This document shows positions 1 to 11,899 of a stretch of DNA of 33,000 nt, in pieces. The position numbers and the translations under genes are program-made. The stretch is from Dicyema japonicum (lineage: Eukaryota; Animalia; Dicyemida). The DNA is taken from the NCBI GenBank assembly GCA_011109175.1, contig RDEW01000004.1, positions 2,129,444 to 2,162,443 of the forward strand. The letters run 5' to 3'. How positions within the stretch are numbered: the stretch's first letter is position 1; every line of letters begins with the position of its first letter. The notes under the pieces were generated by a model that saw nothing but the letters and a program-made list of their open reading frames with translations, was not told where the DNA came from and made no database searches.

Positions 1-406
1 TTCAATAAGAAATGTTAAATATACAATAAACAGAAATGCGTTTTCAATTGAAAGCGAATACCCTCGATTTATAAAAACATTTAGCTAGTTGTTAACTATT
101 TGCGTTAAATAAAAAAGGGATAACAATTTTTTTCAAAATTAACAATTATTTATTTTGGTCAAAACATAAGCTAGTTAGTTGCCGCCCTCACTGCGTGGCT
201 GTTCCCTCTTAGAATAAACACATGATTAGGATTATTGTACGACAATAACGTATAATTAATTAAATCAAGTCAGAATGGCAGCGGCGATTGCGAAAATCAC
301 CCGAATGCGCAGAAATCTGACCCCCTCTATGTCGATTCAGAAAAAGAATTAAAAAGTTAATTAATGTAAAAGAATTCAAAAATTTATTCATTTTAAATTA
401 CATATT

Positions 407-668
407 ATTATAGGCACGTAGGCGATGCCAAAATCATGACAAAGCATGTGCAACACGGAAAGTTAACAATTTAATTAACATCGCCCATTTTTTTGATCCG
501 TTGCCATGTTCCATAGCATATCTAGATCATCCCCATCTTTAAGGCACTTTCCAATCCTCCTGAGATCTTCATTTAAGATTACCGGCAGTGTTGTCCTCGG
601 CCGGCCGCGGAAACGAGAAGCCTTTAAGAATAAATACTTATCCATTGCTATGTTGGCAGGGGTCCCCA
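407..668 (-). mobile_element. 5'-truncated RTE-clade non-LTR retrotransposon 3' end
   Basis: The minus-strand peptide PANIAMDKY..RGRPRTTLPVILNEDL..MATDQKNGR matches the typical RTE ORF C-terminus. It ends in a short TAA-type tail and is flanked by near-identical ~13-14 bp direct repeats (core AAATT..ACATATT, ~393-406 and 669-682) that look like a TSD. Confidence 0.7.
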
Positions 669-756
669 TTAAATTACATATTTTAACTAATAAATGAAAT
701 ATTTAGATAAGGTTAATATAATTATAAAATGTAATAAAAAATTGATTTAATATGCT

Positions 757-3377
757 GTGCTGGTTGCTCTAACCAGCACGATCCAGATGGATGTTCTAAT
801 TATAAACGAAACTAAATTGAAGAAAAGACCATTTAAAATTGATGAATACGACTCATTAGATATTTTTTGGAAGACTGGTTCTTGTGCTGGAACAGGAACT
901 TCAATTTACTACAAAACTTCTTTAAATACAATACTACCCACGATCAATGAAGAAAATCTTTGTGAACTAGCAAGCATTCAACTACAAACAACCATGGGAT
1001 GGATAACTATCGGAGGAATCTATTCTAAAAAACTACGAGAGTATCCATGGATTGTTGACATATTTATGGAAAACAATGAATATCCAATCCTTGTTGGGGA
1101 CATGAACGCTAAACATACTGAATATGGTTGTGTAACAACCAAACAAGATGGAAAATGCCTTGTAAAACGGATGAAGTCTGGAGAGTTAAAGATTTTAACG
1201 TCGATCGAAATTAATCACTTTGCACCGAGTAGTGGGGACAAGCTCGGAGTTTTTGTGATGCCTCAGAATCTGAGCAAAATTTGTGAGCACCCATATGTGG
1301 AGCAAGATATTGGAAGCGACCATCTTCCACAAACTTTGGAAATAAGGACGGGGCCTATATCTGCTGAAAGAACTTTTGTTGGCTACAATTTTAATAATGT
1401 CAACTGGGTTGATTTCGATTATTTTATACGGGTGAAACTGGGAAATGTCTGTGATCTATTGATCTTGGACTCCTCAGATATTGATTACTTGGATGACAAA
1501 ATTAGGACTTTGATATTGTGTTATTTGGACGAATATGGAAATAAAAAATTCCATATGCCGCATGGATGCTCATCAATGAGCTTAAAAGAAGATTCCCTTC
1601 ATCGAGAGAAAAAATCACTTGAAAGTAAACTGAAAAGATGTTGGAACATTCCCGACTCGGAAAAGCTAAAGGTGCCGCATGGATGCTCATCAATGAGCTT
1701 AAAAGAAGATTCCCTTCATCGAGAGAAAAAATCACTTGAAAGTAAACTGAAAAGATGTTGGAACATTCCCGACTCGGAAAAGCTAAAGGTTCAGATCAGC
1801 TTAGTGAAAAATGAATTAATGGAAATATCCAAACGAAAACAGGAAAATAAATGGATAAGAGAATGCTCAAAGATCAACCACAAGAATGCAGACTTTTGGA
1901 AAGTATTCGCGAGATTGAAATCCTCTGATGATAAATGTGATGAAATACACCTAAAATCATCTAATGGTTGTTGTATTTCAAAGGGGGGAATCCCAGAAAT
2001 TCTACGGCAAGTTAGCAAAAATTCAAGAAGTAGATTCTGCTTCCATTATTCCATGTGAATTTCGAAGCAATAATCGTCACTATGATAGGATGGTGTCAAT
2101 GAAGGGTCCTATGTGTACTCCTATTTCCCCTGAAGAAGTAAAAATTGCGATTAATAGCTGCAAGAACAAAACCCCTGGATGGAATTTTATCCCAATGAAA
2201 ATATTTAAGAATGCAAATTCTATGTTAATTGATGCATTAACCATGTTTTATAATGCCTCGTGGAAATTTGCTCACGTTCCATCGACCTGGAAAAAGTCAA
2301 TTGTTCGGATGATTGGAAAGAAAGTAAAATCAAGATCTAATCCAGAAAATTATAGACCAATTAGTCTTATTTGTTCAACTTCAAAAATTATGGAAAAATT
2401 GTCTTCAATAGATTATCAAAAGTGGTTGAGGAAAACAATTTTCTTGCAAACAATCAGTGGGGGTTCCGTAAAAATAGAGGAACTGAAAACTGCATCCGGG
2501 AACTTAGGAAGTCAATTCAAGAATCTATAAGTAAGAAAGAATACCTTACTGCAACGTGTTTGGACATATCCAATGCTTTTGACAGTATCTGGCATTAAGG
2601 ACTTCTCGAGACATTGTCAAAGGCGAACATTGGAAAGTCGGCGCTCATGTGGATTAGAGACTTCCTTATGGGAAGAGAGTCTTATATTCGTGTGGGAAAT
2701 ATGCTCTCTAAAAAGATAAAACTAAGTAGAGGTGTTCCACAAGGTTCAATTTTGAGTCCCCTCCTCTTCAACTGTATAATGAGCGAGGTGCCAAAACCGG
2801 AACACATCAATACCAAAATGATAATTTATGCAGACGACATTCTAATTTTGGACACTAGTATGAATAAATCATGGAAAAGAACAGTAGCTCATATGTCGAA
2901 AATCGAAGATTGGTGTCGGAATAATGGATTGACATTATCAAGAGAAAAAAGTTCTGTAACCTGGATAGCGAGAAATAGGAGGAATCAATATGTTGATACA
3001 GGGAATGTTAAATTCTCGGAAAACCTGATATACCTTGGAGTATGCATTAACAAAAAAGGATCGTTTAAAGAGCACATCAAAATACGAAGAGAGAAAGCTA
3101 CGGGAATGCTCAAGTCCCTACTCCGCTTTCATTTGTCTCCAGATACTTTTATATTTGTATACAAAACGTGTATTGAACCATCCTAATATATGGATATCAA
3201 GGTTGGTTTAAAACAGAGGAGGAATCAGTCCTACTAACTAAATTAGAAAAGACAAGAAGGTATGCAATTAAACTCGCACATGGATTGGATTTAGCATCTG
3301 AAATTGATGACGAATACGAAAGAAAAACGAGAAGAATCGGTGATTTATTACATTGCTTGTGGAAACTCGCATTGTAA
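757..3377 (+). pseudogene. Disrupted ORF2 (AP endonuclease-reverse transcriptase) of family A copy 1
   Basis: It is colinear with ORF2 at 29343-31906 but is broken by frameshifts (~1990-2030, ~2390-2410, ~3183) and a nonsense TAA at 2596-2598. The stop is at 3375-3377. Confidence 0.9.
1556..1790 (+). repeat. Exact 117-bp in-frame tandem duplication inside ORF2
   Basis: Units 1556-1672 and 1673-1789 both encode PHGCSSMSLKEDSLHREKKSLESKLKRCWNIPDSEKLKV (39 aa). The 29-31 kb relative has a single unit. Confidence 0.95.
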
Positions 3378-3750
3378 TTGGGGCTTTTTACGGAGAAGAG
3401 ACATACGGTGTCTCATGAGAGTGCCCCGATATAGACGACCCCAAATCTTGGCTTTCCTCTTTAGTTAATGGCTCTTACCTTGTTTAGTTAGTTGGGGTTT
3501 TGCGAATAAATTATGTTATCTTATCTGATTTAATATTGGTCTGTTAGTACAAAACTCAAAGCCATAAAAAAAATTCCTGATCGACCGTTTTCATTTTTTT
3601 GCAACTTCAAAAATTTTTACTTTTTATTTTTAGAAGAATTATTATTTTAATATAAATATAAATTCTAAAATTTAATTATATGATACTCATTCTAAATGCG
3701 TAACTTTCAAGTAACCTTAGAAGAATTTCAAGTAGGAAAGCACTGCAGTG

Positions 3751-4348
3751 CTTATTGATTTCGTCTGCCGGGATAGGGATAGGCTGGAAATTATACTAAA
3801 AGTGATCCCTCAAGGTTTGGAGGATTGGTCCCTAGTAGTAAACCCAGATAAAACGGAAAGAACTAGCATATCCCGTTGCACGACGAGAAACAAGGGGGGC
3901 CTAACTACCAAAGAATTGGAAAACCTCAACTCTTTCCATAGAAAACAACGGCGACTTATTCTGGGAGTCTACTGGCCAAAACGGATGACCAACAACGAGC
4001 TATATAGAATTACTCAAACAACAAAGATTGGGAATTAAGTTACTTCTGTGAAATGGCAGCTCTTTGCACATATCTTAAGAGCTTCAGAAATGGCACCGGC
4101 CAATCAGGCCATGGAATCATATTTTTCTGTATTAAACAAAACAACGTATCGAGGTCGACAAAGAACTCACTTGCATAGGAAGAAAACTGAAAACAGGAAA
4201 GGATATGGATGATCTGAGGGCAGTTGCGAGAAACAAGGGAGGGTGGAAACGACTCACAGCGCGTGTCCAGAGATGCATGGCAAAAGTGGAATCTCAAATT
4301 AATTAACTTTTCTGGTTCCGCGGACATTGCTAATAATAAATAATAATA
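3751..4348 (+). mobile_element. Internally deleted RTE-clade element with (TAA)n tail and 14-bp TSD
   Basis: An RT-thumb fragment (LEDWSLVVNPDKTE) is joined to the RTE C-terminus (SFHRKQRRLILGVYWPKRMTNNELY...WQLFAHILR..PANQAMESYF..RGR). The tail is TAATAATAAATAATAATAA and the TSD AAAGCACTGCAGTG lies at 3737-3750 and 4349-4362. Confidence 0.85.
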
Positions 4349-4689
4349 AAAGCACTGCAGTGTTGGTTCGAAGACTATAGAAACCATTCGAAAGATTTTC
4401 GGCAAACAACATCATCCACTTTGCTGCAATTTCAAAGATGGAAAGTTTGTTAGAAAGCAGTTTTAATTCACTTTAGTTTAATCTTGATATATTTTATGAT
4501 AAAAATTTATCTAATTTTGTCTGCCAATTACTGTTACTACACAAGCCGTAGCATTCACTGGTATTATTTTTAAGCATGCTGTATCGTTAACATTGAAGGA
4601 CTCATAAAATATCGAATACGTGAGGTTTTGAAACAAAATGCGCATCAGATATACTTTGAATTCAGAGAATGAAAAAATTCATGTTCCGA

Positions 4690-5428
4690 CACTGGGTTGT
4701 ATCCACGATTGGTTGATAGCTAACCGTCTCTCGGTATCGGCTCCAAAATCATCGTGCACTCTATTCACCTCCGACCGCCGGTCCAAAAAAGAACCAGAAA
4801 TCTTCATCGGACATACTCGGATGCCTGTCACAAGAAACCCCTCAATCCTGGGAGTGACATACGACAGGCTGCTTAATTTTACCTACCATGCCAAACAAGT
4901 CTTCACCAAAGGACTACAGAAATTGAATGTCACACGGGCCCTCATCCAGAAAACCCCAGCGAATATGAATAAAGCAATCGGAACCATATACCGCCAGACA
5001 ATCGCGCCGGCTGTAGAATATGCCTCTGCTGCGTGGAGATCCGCGTTATCAGAGGCCACTATCCAAAACTAAACTTACTGCAAAGGAAAACAATACGTAT
5101 GCTGGGACCACAATGTGCAACAAAAATACCTCCCCTGCTGACGGAATCTACAACTCGTAGATGTGGTTCCTGATTTCTCCGCATTTGCAAGAAAGATGGA
5201 CACCCACTAAGCCTCTCACTGTTCCACGCAAAAGAAAATCGGTTGGCTAAAAAATTTTCTTCTCCAATCGGCTTCCTCTGCAAGGATCAAAGAAGGCATT
5301 TCCGTTCGACAGTGGGAACAATGGAGACGCACAGGCTTCGGATGGCACGTTTGGTTGCGGGAACTGGGATCACCTAACTAGTTGACTTTACTTTGTCTTT
5401 TTTCCCGGGGTTATTAAATAAATAAATG
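4690..5428 (+). mobile_element. 5'-truncated LINE family B (RT C-terminal half + 3' UTR, TAAA tail)
   Basis: The peptide HDWL..NRLSVSAPKS..LGVTYDRLLNF..YRQTIAPAVEYASAAW is present. The 3' end GGGATCACCT...GGGGTTATT(AAAT)n is shared with the copies at ~9300 and ~23800. Confidence 0.85.
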
Positions 5429-5769
5429 AATATACCAAGGCGCTCGGTTTCTTGAGAATGATTATGCAAAAAAGAGAAAAAGTTTACGAAATACAAAAAA
5501 ATTTAAGAAATTATGATACTAATCATTCACAAAAAATATCCAATTACATAAAAAATCTAATTTATCTTTGTAATTACTTTATTGTTATTTTGATTCCTTG
5601 TTCTATTTTTTGTTCACTATTGAAGATTAGTGAACATCTTGTTTTTTCGTGGACATTTTGTTCACTATAGAGAGGGTTGACTGTATATTATGTCCTGTGG
5701 ATCCCCGATAGTTTTAGTATTCAAATTAAATAAATTATTGAAAAAAACATCAGAAAAATTTACATTCCC

Positions 5770-6990
5770 ATCACCAACTCAGTTATATCCGGCTCAATGA
5801 CAATGATACGCGTGGATCACTTTTAATGACAACATCAAGTCTATTCCTCGTTTTTGTAAGTAATACTACTTTACTGAAGTCACAGTTCACCTAATAAGTT
5901 GATGGACAAGCAATAAAAAAAGAATTCTCATCCGCAGATTATGATATTTGTTGGCAAATCAGTGTATATTCAAAAATTTCTTTGATGTTTATCAAAAGCT
6001 TGAATTGTCAGATGGTCAGATTGCAAATTATGTCTTCTTGTATCTCGATTTCAACTGTGGAAAATTTTACATTGAAAGGATCAATAGTCCATGGCGGATA
6101 ACAAAGTTGAAGAGATAATATATCGTGTTTGAAAATCGTTGTACATATTTTTAAGATGATATTTGTAAACTTGTAAATCCTCTTCCTTAAGAGTATTTTT
6201 TATCTTCGATAAATTTTAAAATTGTGTTAACTCGTTACGTTCAATATTAAACAATAAAAATTAAGTTTTGTTTGAAATCACTTAGCCTCCTTGAAATCGA
6301 GATTTTTCCATGTAATTTCCTGTTAAGTTTTTTTAATTTTTCGAAAATCTCAGCCAAATAAAATATATCGTTTTTAGCAGTAATAAGTTTTTCAATTTTT
6401 CATAAACAAAACTATTGAGTCCCAAAGGTGTTAGTTTGGTTAGCCTTGGTCTTTGAAATAATTTTAATTTAATTGAGTCCCAAAGAGAAACAAAATAATT
6501 CAGACAATTTACTTTTGAGAGCCACCTTACAGTCGTGTGCAGAACTAATCTTGTAAAATCTTCATTTTCTTACATAATAATCGAAAAAGACGATTCTGAA
6601 GTGAATGTGATTTTATTTTGTCGGTGAATGACACAGTGAATGGTGAAACAGATGATACGCGAGATTTTAAGTATTGCAAACTTCCTCTGTATTTTCCAAC
6701 CTAGAAGCAGCGTCGTCAGTAGCACGTGCAATTATGTCATCACGAGAAGTATTATTCAAACAAAACTATGCTTCAATTCAATTAAATAGTGACACCCTCT
6801 ATGTATCACTTGTAATCTTTCTTGTAAAAAGCATTTCTTCAATAATTTCACTACCATTCCAAAACCCTACATATGCCATAAGGAGAGAACCGTTATCTGG
6901 TAATGTAGTTTCGTCTATCTGTGATGAAAAGTTTGTATTTCTTCCCAGGATATTACCTGGGAATGATGCTCTCACCGTTCTGCGTGATCA
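5770..6990 (-). mobile_element. Degraded Buster/Charlie-type hAT transposase (ZBED5/SCAND3/FAM200-like)
   Basis: Minus-strand fragments FSSQIDETTLPDNGSLLMAYV, EEMLFTRKI, FTIHCVIHRQ, LVLHTTVRWLSK, PPWTIDPF and TKTRNRLDV occur in the order expected for this transposase family. There are many stops and frameshifts. Confidence 0.8.
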
Positions 6991-7559
6991 TTGAGATATT
7001 TTTCGCCCGACCTGCTCTTTGGAGCTCTGTTGTCTTTTATGGATATGTTCAAGGGGTTTTACTCTTTACAGGGATTTTGATGAGACTGGTGTCTGTTGAC
7101 TTGAATTAACTTTTTAATTTAAGGTTCTTAATTTAGTGGTGTTTATTGTTGGGTAGGGTTATAGTTAATCACGTGGGTTTGTTTGTTTTATTTTTAAATT
7201 GACTATTATTTGGAATATTGTGTTTGTAACCTAGTATGTTGGTTTAGTTAAGGTCTTTTTGCGTGTTTGATATTTCCGAGAAGAAAAATCGAAGTTGTGA
7301 CGAATAACTTTGACCAGATTGCGCTAACATTTGCCTTTAACTAGCTCTTAGAGGGAGGTGTGAGCACAGTCCTTAGCGCAACTCCAATTGACGTTGTGGG
7401 TTGTCATACAAAATATACCAAAGGGAAATGATTCTAGTAAATAAGACGTCAAAAAACGTTGAAGATTTATTGGATTAATAAACTATTAGCTCGGTTCGTT
7501 GCTCACATCGGTAACATAACATAACATTTTTTTATTAAAGACCAAGACATAGAGAAGTT

Positions 7560-8260
7560 ATGGGGGATTACGTTTTTAAAAATACTGCTGTGAGGCTTGG
7601 ATTCTTCAGGAGGTATTCCACCTTCCACCTAGAATTCAGAAAAGAGGAGGACAAAAGGAACTTTTTTAAACATGTGAATGCTACTTCGCCTTTTGGTCTT
7701 GGAAACCATCACTTCAGTGAAATCCGAGTGAGACCGTCCGAAATTGTTTTGAAGAACCTGCCTTTTTGGGTTAATGATAACGACCTTCATGAATTTATCA
7801 AAGAATTAGCTCCCTCTACCATGAGCATATGTCGTTTCTACAAGGGAGATAAGAGACTCTCTCTTGCAAAGGTTCTAGTTGACTCCAGGACGGAGACTAC
7901 ATCGCTTGTTCATCTTGGTTTCAACATTTTCTACTTGCCAATCACAAAAAAAGGCCCACCGAGGTTTTTCAACTACCAACGCTATGGACACATATCATCA
8001 TTCTGTAAGAAGACGAGATGTCTCCGTTGTTCAAAGAAACACGACCTAACTGCGTGTGAAGAGACTCATGGGAGCACAATAAAATGCATAAATTGTGGCT
8101 CGTCTTCACATTGGCAGGATATGGTGGATGTCCAGCCGCCAAAAAGTCTGCTCAAAAGAAAGCAACGAAAAACGATGGACTAGCGATTATGGGAAAACAT
8201 GGACAGCAAAGACGATTACGTCAAACCCGGCTTCGGGATTTTTTAAAAATTCCAATTCTT
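7560..8260 (+). pseudogene. LINE ORF1 (gag-like, three zinc knuckles), frameshifted
   Basis: It aligns by eye to ORF1 at 28438-29343 (SPFGLG..IVLKNLP vs NPFGLG..IILKNVP). Degenerate CCHC knuckles are present (YQRYGHISSFC, CLRCSKKHDLTAC, CINCGSSSH..YGGC). Confidence 0.85.
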
Positions 8261-8339
8261 CTATATTAAAACTTTCTGGATTTTCACGAACACGTGTACA
8301 TGCTTACAAACATTGACCCACTTCATTCGAGTCGGATTT

Positions 8340-9350
8340 ACAAGCAAGCCAAGACACTTAAAAACAGTGCTCTGCTCGATTGACATGCACAAAGCTTTTG
8401 ACTCAGTCTCGAGGAAAATTCTATCGAAAAAAAATATTTCAATCGGAGATCCCAGGAAAGCTCAAACTTTGGATCACCAACTTCCAAAGTGGACGAAGGG
8501 GACGTGTTTGTCTCAAAGGTCTGAAATCAATCTCATGTCTCCTCTCCAACAGAGTCCCTCAAGGATCTCCTTTATTCCCTGCTCTGTTTAATTTCTTTTT
8601 TGCCGATCTCCTAACTCTTGAATCTGATAGTGGTGTTCTATTCTCCTATGCGGATGATTTTGTGTTGGCTTCACGAGATCAGGACATCTAGAAGGCCACA
8701 AAAAGAATACAAATCAACCTGGACCGACTTAATGCCTGGATAATAGAAAACCGGCATGGATGAGTGCAGAAAAGTCAATCACTTCCTTTTTCACCTCGTC
8801 AAAAAATTGGGAAGGAGGACAGTCTCCTTGAAGGTAGACAAGGACGATTTCCCCTTCAACAGGTGTCAGAGATATTTGGAGTGACAGTTGATATGCATTT
8901 TTGTTCATCACTCCATATTCAAAACATTCTCACAAAATCCGAAAGGAAAATTAATATTCTAAAGACCTTATCTGGAATATGGAAGGTCGCCACTCACCCA
9001 ATACTGAAGAACATTTACAAGCAGTACATCGAGCCATTTATCTCATATGCACGCGCTTCGTAAGGACCCTCCATCTCATATACAAATAAAAGAAAAGTGG
9101 AGGAAATCCAGAAGAGGGCTTCATAATTACGGAGTGATGGACTCGTGGGGAACATGGATCCGGAAGTCTTCATGCGGCTAGATTCTGGGATGACTCAAAG
9201 CTCCTCTGCAAACAGCCGCCCGATATGTACATATGTGGGATCGAGAGAGGAACATAGTGCAAAGATGAGGACTTTATTCGAACATATTGGGATCACCTGA
9301 TAGTTAGTTTCGATTTTTACCGTGGTCTTGGGGTGTTTAAATAAAATAAA
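8340..9350 (+). mobile_element. LINE family B-like RT remnant and 3' end (probably the same, internally deleted, element as the ORF1 at 7560)
   Basis: IDMHKAFDSV, VPQGSPLFPALFN, YADD and YKQYIEPFISYA motifs are present. It ends in a GGGATCACCT..GGGGTG..(TAAA)n 3' end. Confidence 0.8.
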
Positions 9351-9849
9351 TAATTCTTGCAAAATGAGAAAACAAGACCAATGTACTGAAGAGTCTCTTG
9401 GAGGCTATGTAAAATAGGAAATCACTACATCATATAAACTATCTACAGGCAATACACAGAGTCATTGATTTACTACGCATGGGTCTTGTGGGATACACTT
9501 ATCTATAGGACAAATGTCATGAAGACCGAAGCTAGTCAAAAAAATGAAATTCAAGGTTACGGATGGATTGACTCTTGGAAAGGATTCCATGGAATCCATA
9601 ATTCTGCAATATTGATTTTCTGGTTATACGTCCTATACTTGCCTGTTTTGACTCGTTGTGAAAACATCGGGGTAAGGTGAGACCACTGATGCAACGTGTG
9701 AATAGTCAGTTTGAAGTCGAATATAGTGAATTTCATTGTTTAAAGGAAATATTCGTTAAAACTAACAATTTTTCGTTTTTTCTTCCAAAACTTAACTGAA
9801 GAGATAATCGTAATTTTAACTTCCACTAATATGAATGCAAGAATTGTTG

Positions 9850-11170
9850 TCACTCCGAAAGTCGTAAAGCGCGATCAGCTGGTAAATGAGAGGATATTAG
9901 GGGAGACAAGGGCAAGTCTGGTGAAGTTGTATTGTCATTAGCTCTGTAGGAGAGAAAAACAAGGGTAATTATTCCTCCTCCATTGTCAGAGGGATGATCT
10001 TTTCTGATAACTGAATATCCCGGAAATATTTGTTTGAGGAAGGAGAGTGTAAGTTTCGTCTCCTGTAGGAGACACAGGGTCAGGGATTTGGTTTGATGTC
10101 TCCAGAGATGATCAATAGAGTTCCCACCAGGTCAAATGGGTAGTACCGAAGAGAGAGACGTCCAAGAAATAGTCTTCTTGGATTTGAGTAAGCAAATTGT
10201 TCTTTTCGCCGTGACATTACCTCCACATGTGACACAACTAGAATTGGCGAATCAAGTCACAATTTTAAGTCCTTTGAAGTTTTTTGTAGATCCGTTGTGG
10301 TAGTTCAGAGTAGTTCTGGTGAATTGTTAGAATATAAGCTTTAGTATCCAAATTTGACTCCATAAACACCAGGTTTAGTTTTTGTTTGGTTTTCAGGAAA
10401 ACATAGTCCATGTGAGACGAGAAGGAAAAAACTGAATAATCCAAGTATTTTTACAGTTTTAATCAGTGATAATTTTTCCAGAGAGCTTCACTTCACGTAT
10501 AACGATAAACCGTCTAAGATTGGGAGTTTTAGGCTAAATATTTCGGGAGAGGGCCTGGTAAATATCGGTTATGAAATTTCATTGACAAGAATCTAACCCA
10601 TTCTACCAAAAAACGTAAGTCATTTGTGTAAAATTAACGGAATATCTGATGAAACAGTATTATTGTAGAGCACATCAAGTTTAATCAGAAACTTTGCTTA
10701 TGTCGATTCGATAGGTGGTTGTTGGTTATTGAATCTATCGACGATAAAGTCAGTTAGGTGGAATGCTGTGGATGAAAACCATGTTGATAGGCTCACAAAT
10801 GGGTAGATGTGTCGATTTCCGTGTATTCCGTAAGTGATTTCCCGGTGTTTCCAGATTTATAAATCAAATGTTAGACACATTGACGATGATTTGATTCTAT
10901 AGCCTGTTGAGGTTTGTGGAGTTTTAAGGTTCACTCTGAGAATCCATAAATTTATAACCAGTCCTAACTGATCAAATTCCTTTGCAAGCACTCGAGGAGG
11001 CTGATAGATAGAACAAAGAGAGGGGGAGATTATTACAGGATCACTTGTATTTAACACCTCGCTTAGTGGTTTGGGGTTATATTTCTTCATAATTGTGTTA
11101 GAGAGACGCATAAAATCAGATTTTTGCCCCATTTTTGAAAAATCAATATTGAAGCAAATATCCCCAATCA
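9850..11170 (-). mobile_element. Degraded non-LTR retrotransposon pieces: RT fragment followed by 2A-like motif and APE fragment
   Basis: RT: QHGFHPQHST, TDFIVDRFNNQQPP and KILGL..FSFSSHMDY (~10260-11150). APE: CLLQETKL and SVIRKDHP..NGGGIITLV (~9950-10075). The order RT then APE implies two tandem copies or a rearrangement. Confidence 0.65.
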
Positions 11171-11380
11171 CTGTGACTGATTAAAAAGGATGTAAGAATT
11201 CCAGTATTTGTAATGTCACCTATACAATCATGTTACCTTCATTTTCATCACTTACAGCATCCCCCAGAACTAATAAACCATAAGAGAACGATCTCTGAGT
11301 GAACGGTGACTAGTAAAGTGACCTAACAATAAGTGAATGGACTTAAAAATATCAAATACAAGTTTAAACAGAAATTTAAA

Positions 11381-11560
11381 TTATTTATTTCTTTTCAGGT
11401 AATTCATATGCAAATCAAATAAAACTTTATTGATTTCTTTGTAGGGGTTAAACTTGTTCACATCCTCCTTATAGGACTCAGGGGTAGATGAATCAAAGGC
11501 GACTCGTTTAGGAGGATGCTCAACTGGTTCATGGTGATGACGTTTAATCGCCCCGTTCAT
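11381..11560 (-). CDS. Small intact 59-aa protein, FAM104/VCF-like C-terminal helix (tentative)
   Basis: ATG...TAA ORF MNGAIKRHHHEPVEHPPKRVAFDSSTPESYKEDVNKFNPYKEINKVLFDLHMNYLKRNK, GC-richer than its AT-rich flanks. The Y-x-x-I-N-x-x-L-x-x-x-H motif recalls the FAM104/VCF C-terminus (recalled, not searched). Confidence 0.55.
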   Translation of the reverse strand: MNGAIKRHHHEPVEHPPKRVAFDSSTPESYKEDVNKFNPYKEINKVLFDLHMNYLKRNK

Positions 11561-11899
11561 TTCTTTGAGTTAACTAAAAGTGAATTATTTTTGACAACAT
11601 ACTCACTAAAAGAATCAATAAATTAAAGCATTTAATATTTAATTTATTTAATCATAATAATTTAATAAAATAATTAATATCCATTCAAAGATTAGAATTC
11701 TTTAAATCAAAATTAAATTTGGGTTAAGAAAATTAAAATTAAATTAGAACATTTTTGTGTCAAGACTTTCATTACTATCAATCGCTTATCTACTGAACAC
11801 TATTAGAACTTGTATTGAAAAATATTATTGATTACTAATTCGTCATTTGCTTACTCAAAAAATTATTATAACTATGACGTTATACCTAACAATTAAAAC

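Larger units (their letters stand above)
754..3525 (+). mobile_element. 5'-truncated LINE (APE-RT, Jockey/I-group-like), family A subfamily 1
   Basis: APE motifs (INETK, LVGDMNAKH, IGSDHLP) and RT motifs (YRPISL, QWGFR, LDISNAFD, GVPQGSILSP, YADD) are present. The 3' UTR ends in a TGTTATC-like tail. An 11-bp TSD TGATTTAATAT lies at 743-753 and 3526-3536. Confidence 0.93.

Noticed and set aside
4040-4405. 121-aa minus-strand ORF, and similar antisense ORFs across 23763-24525 and 30296-31339
   Set aside because: These are antisense shadows of retrotransposon RT frames.
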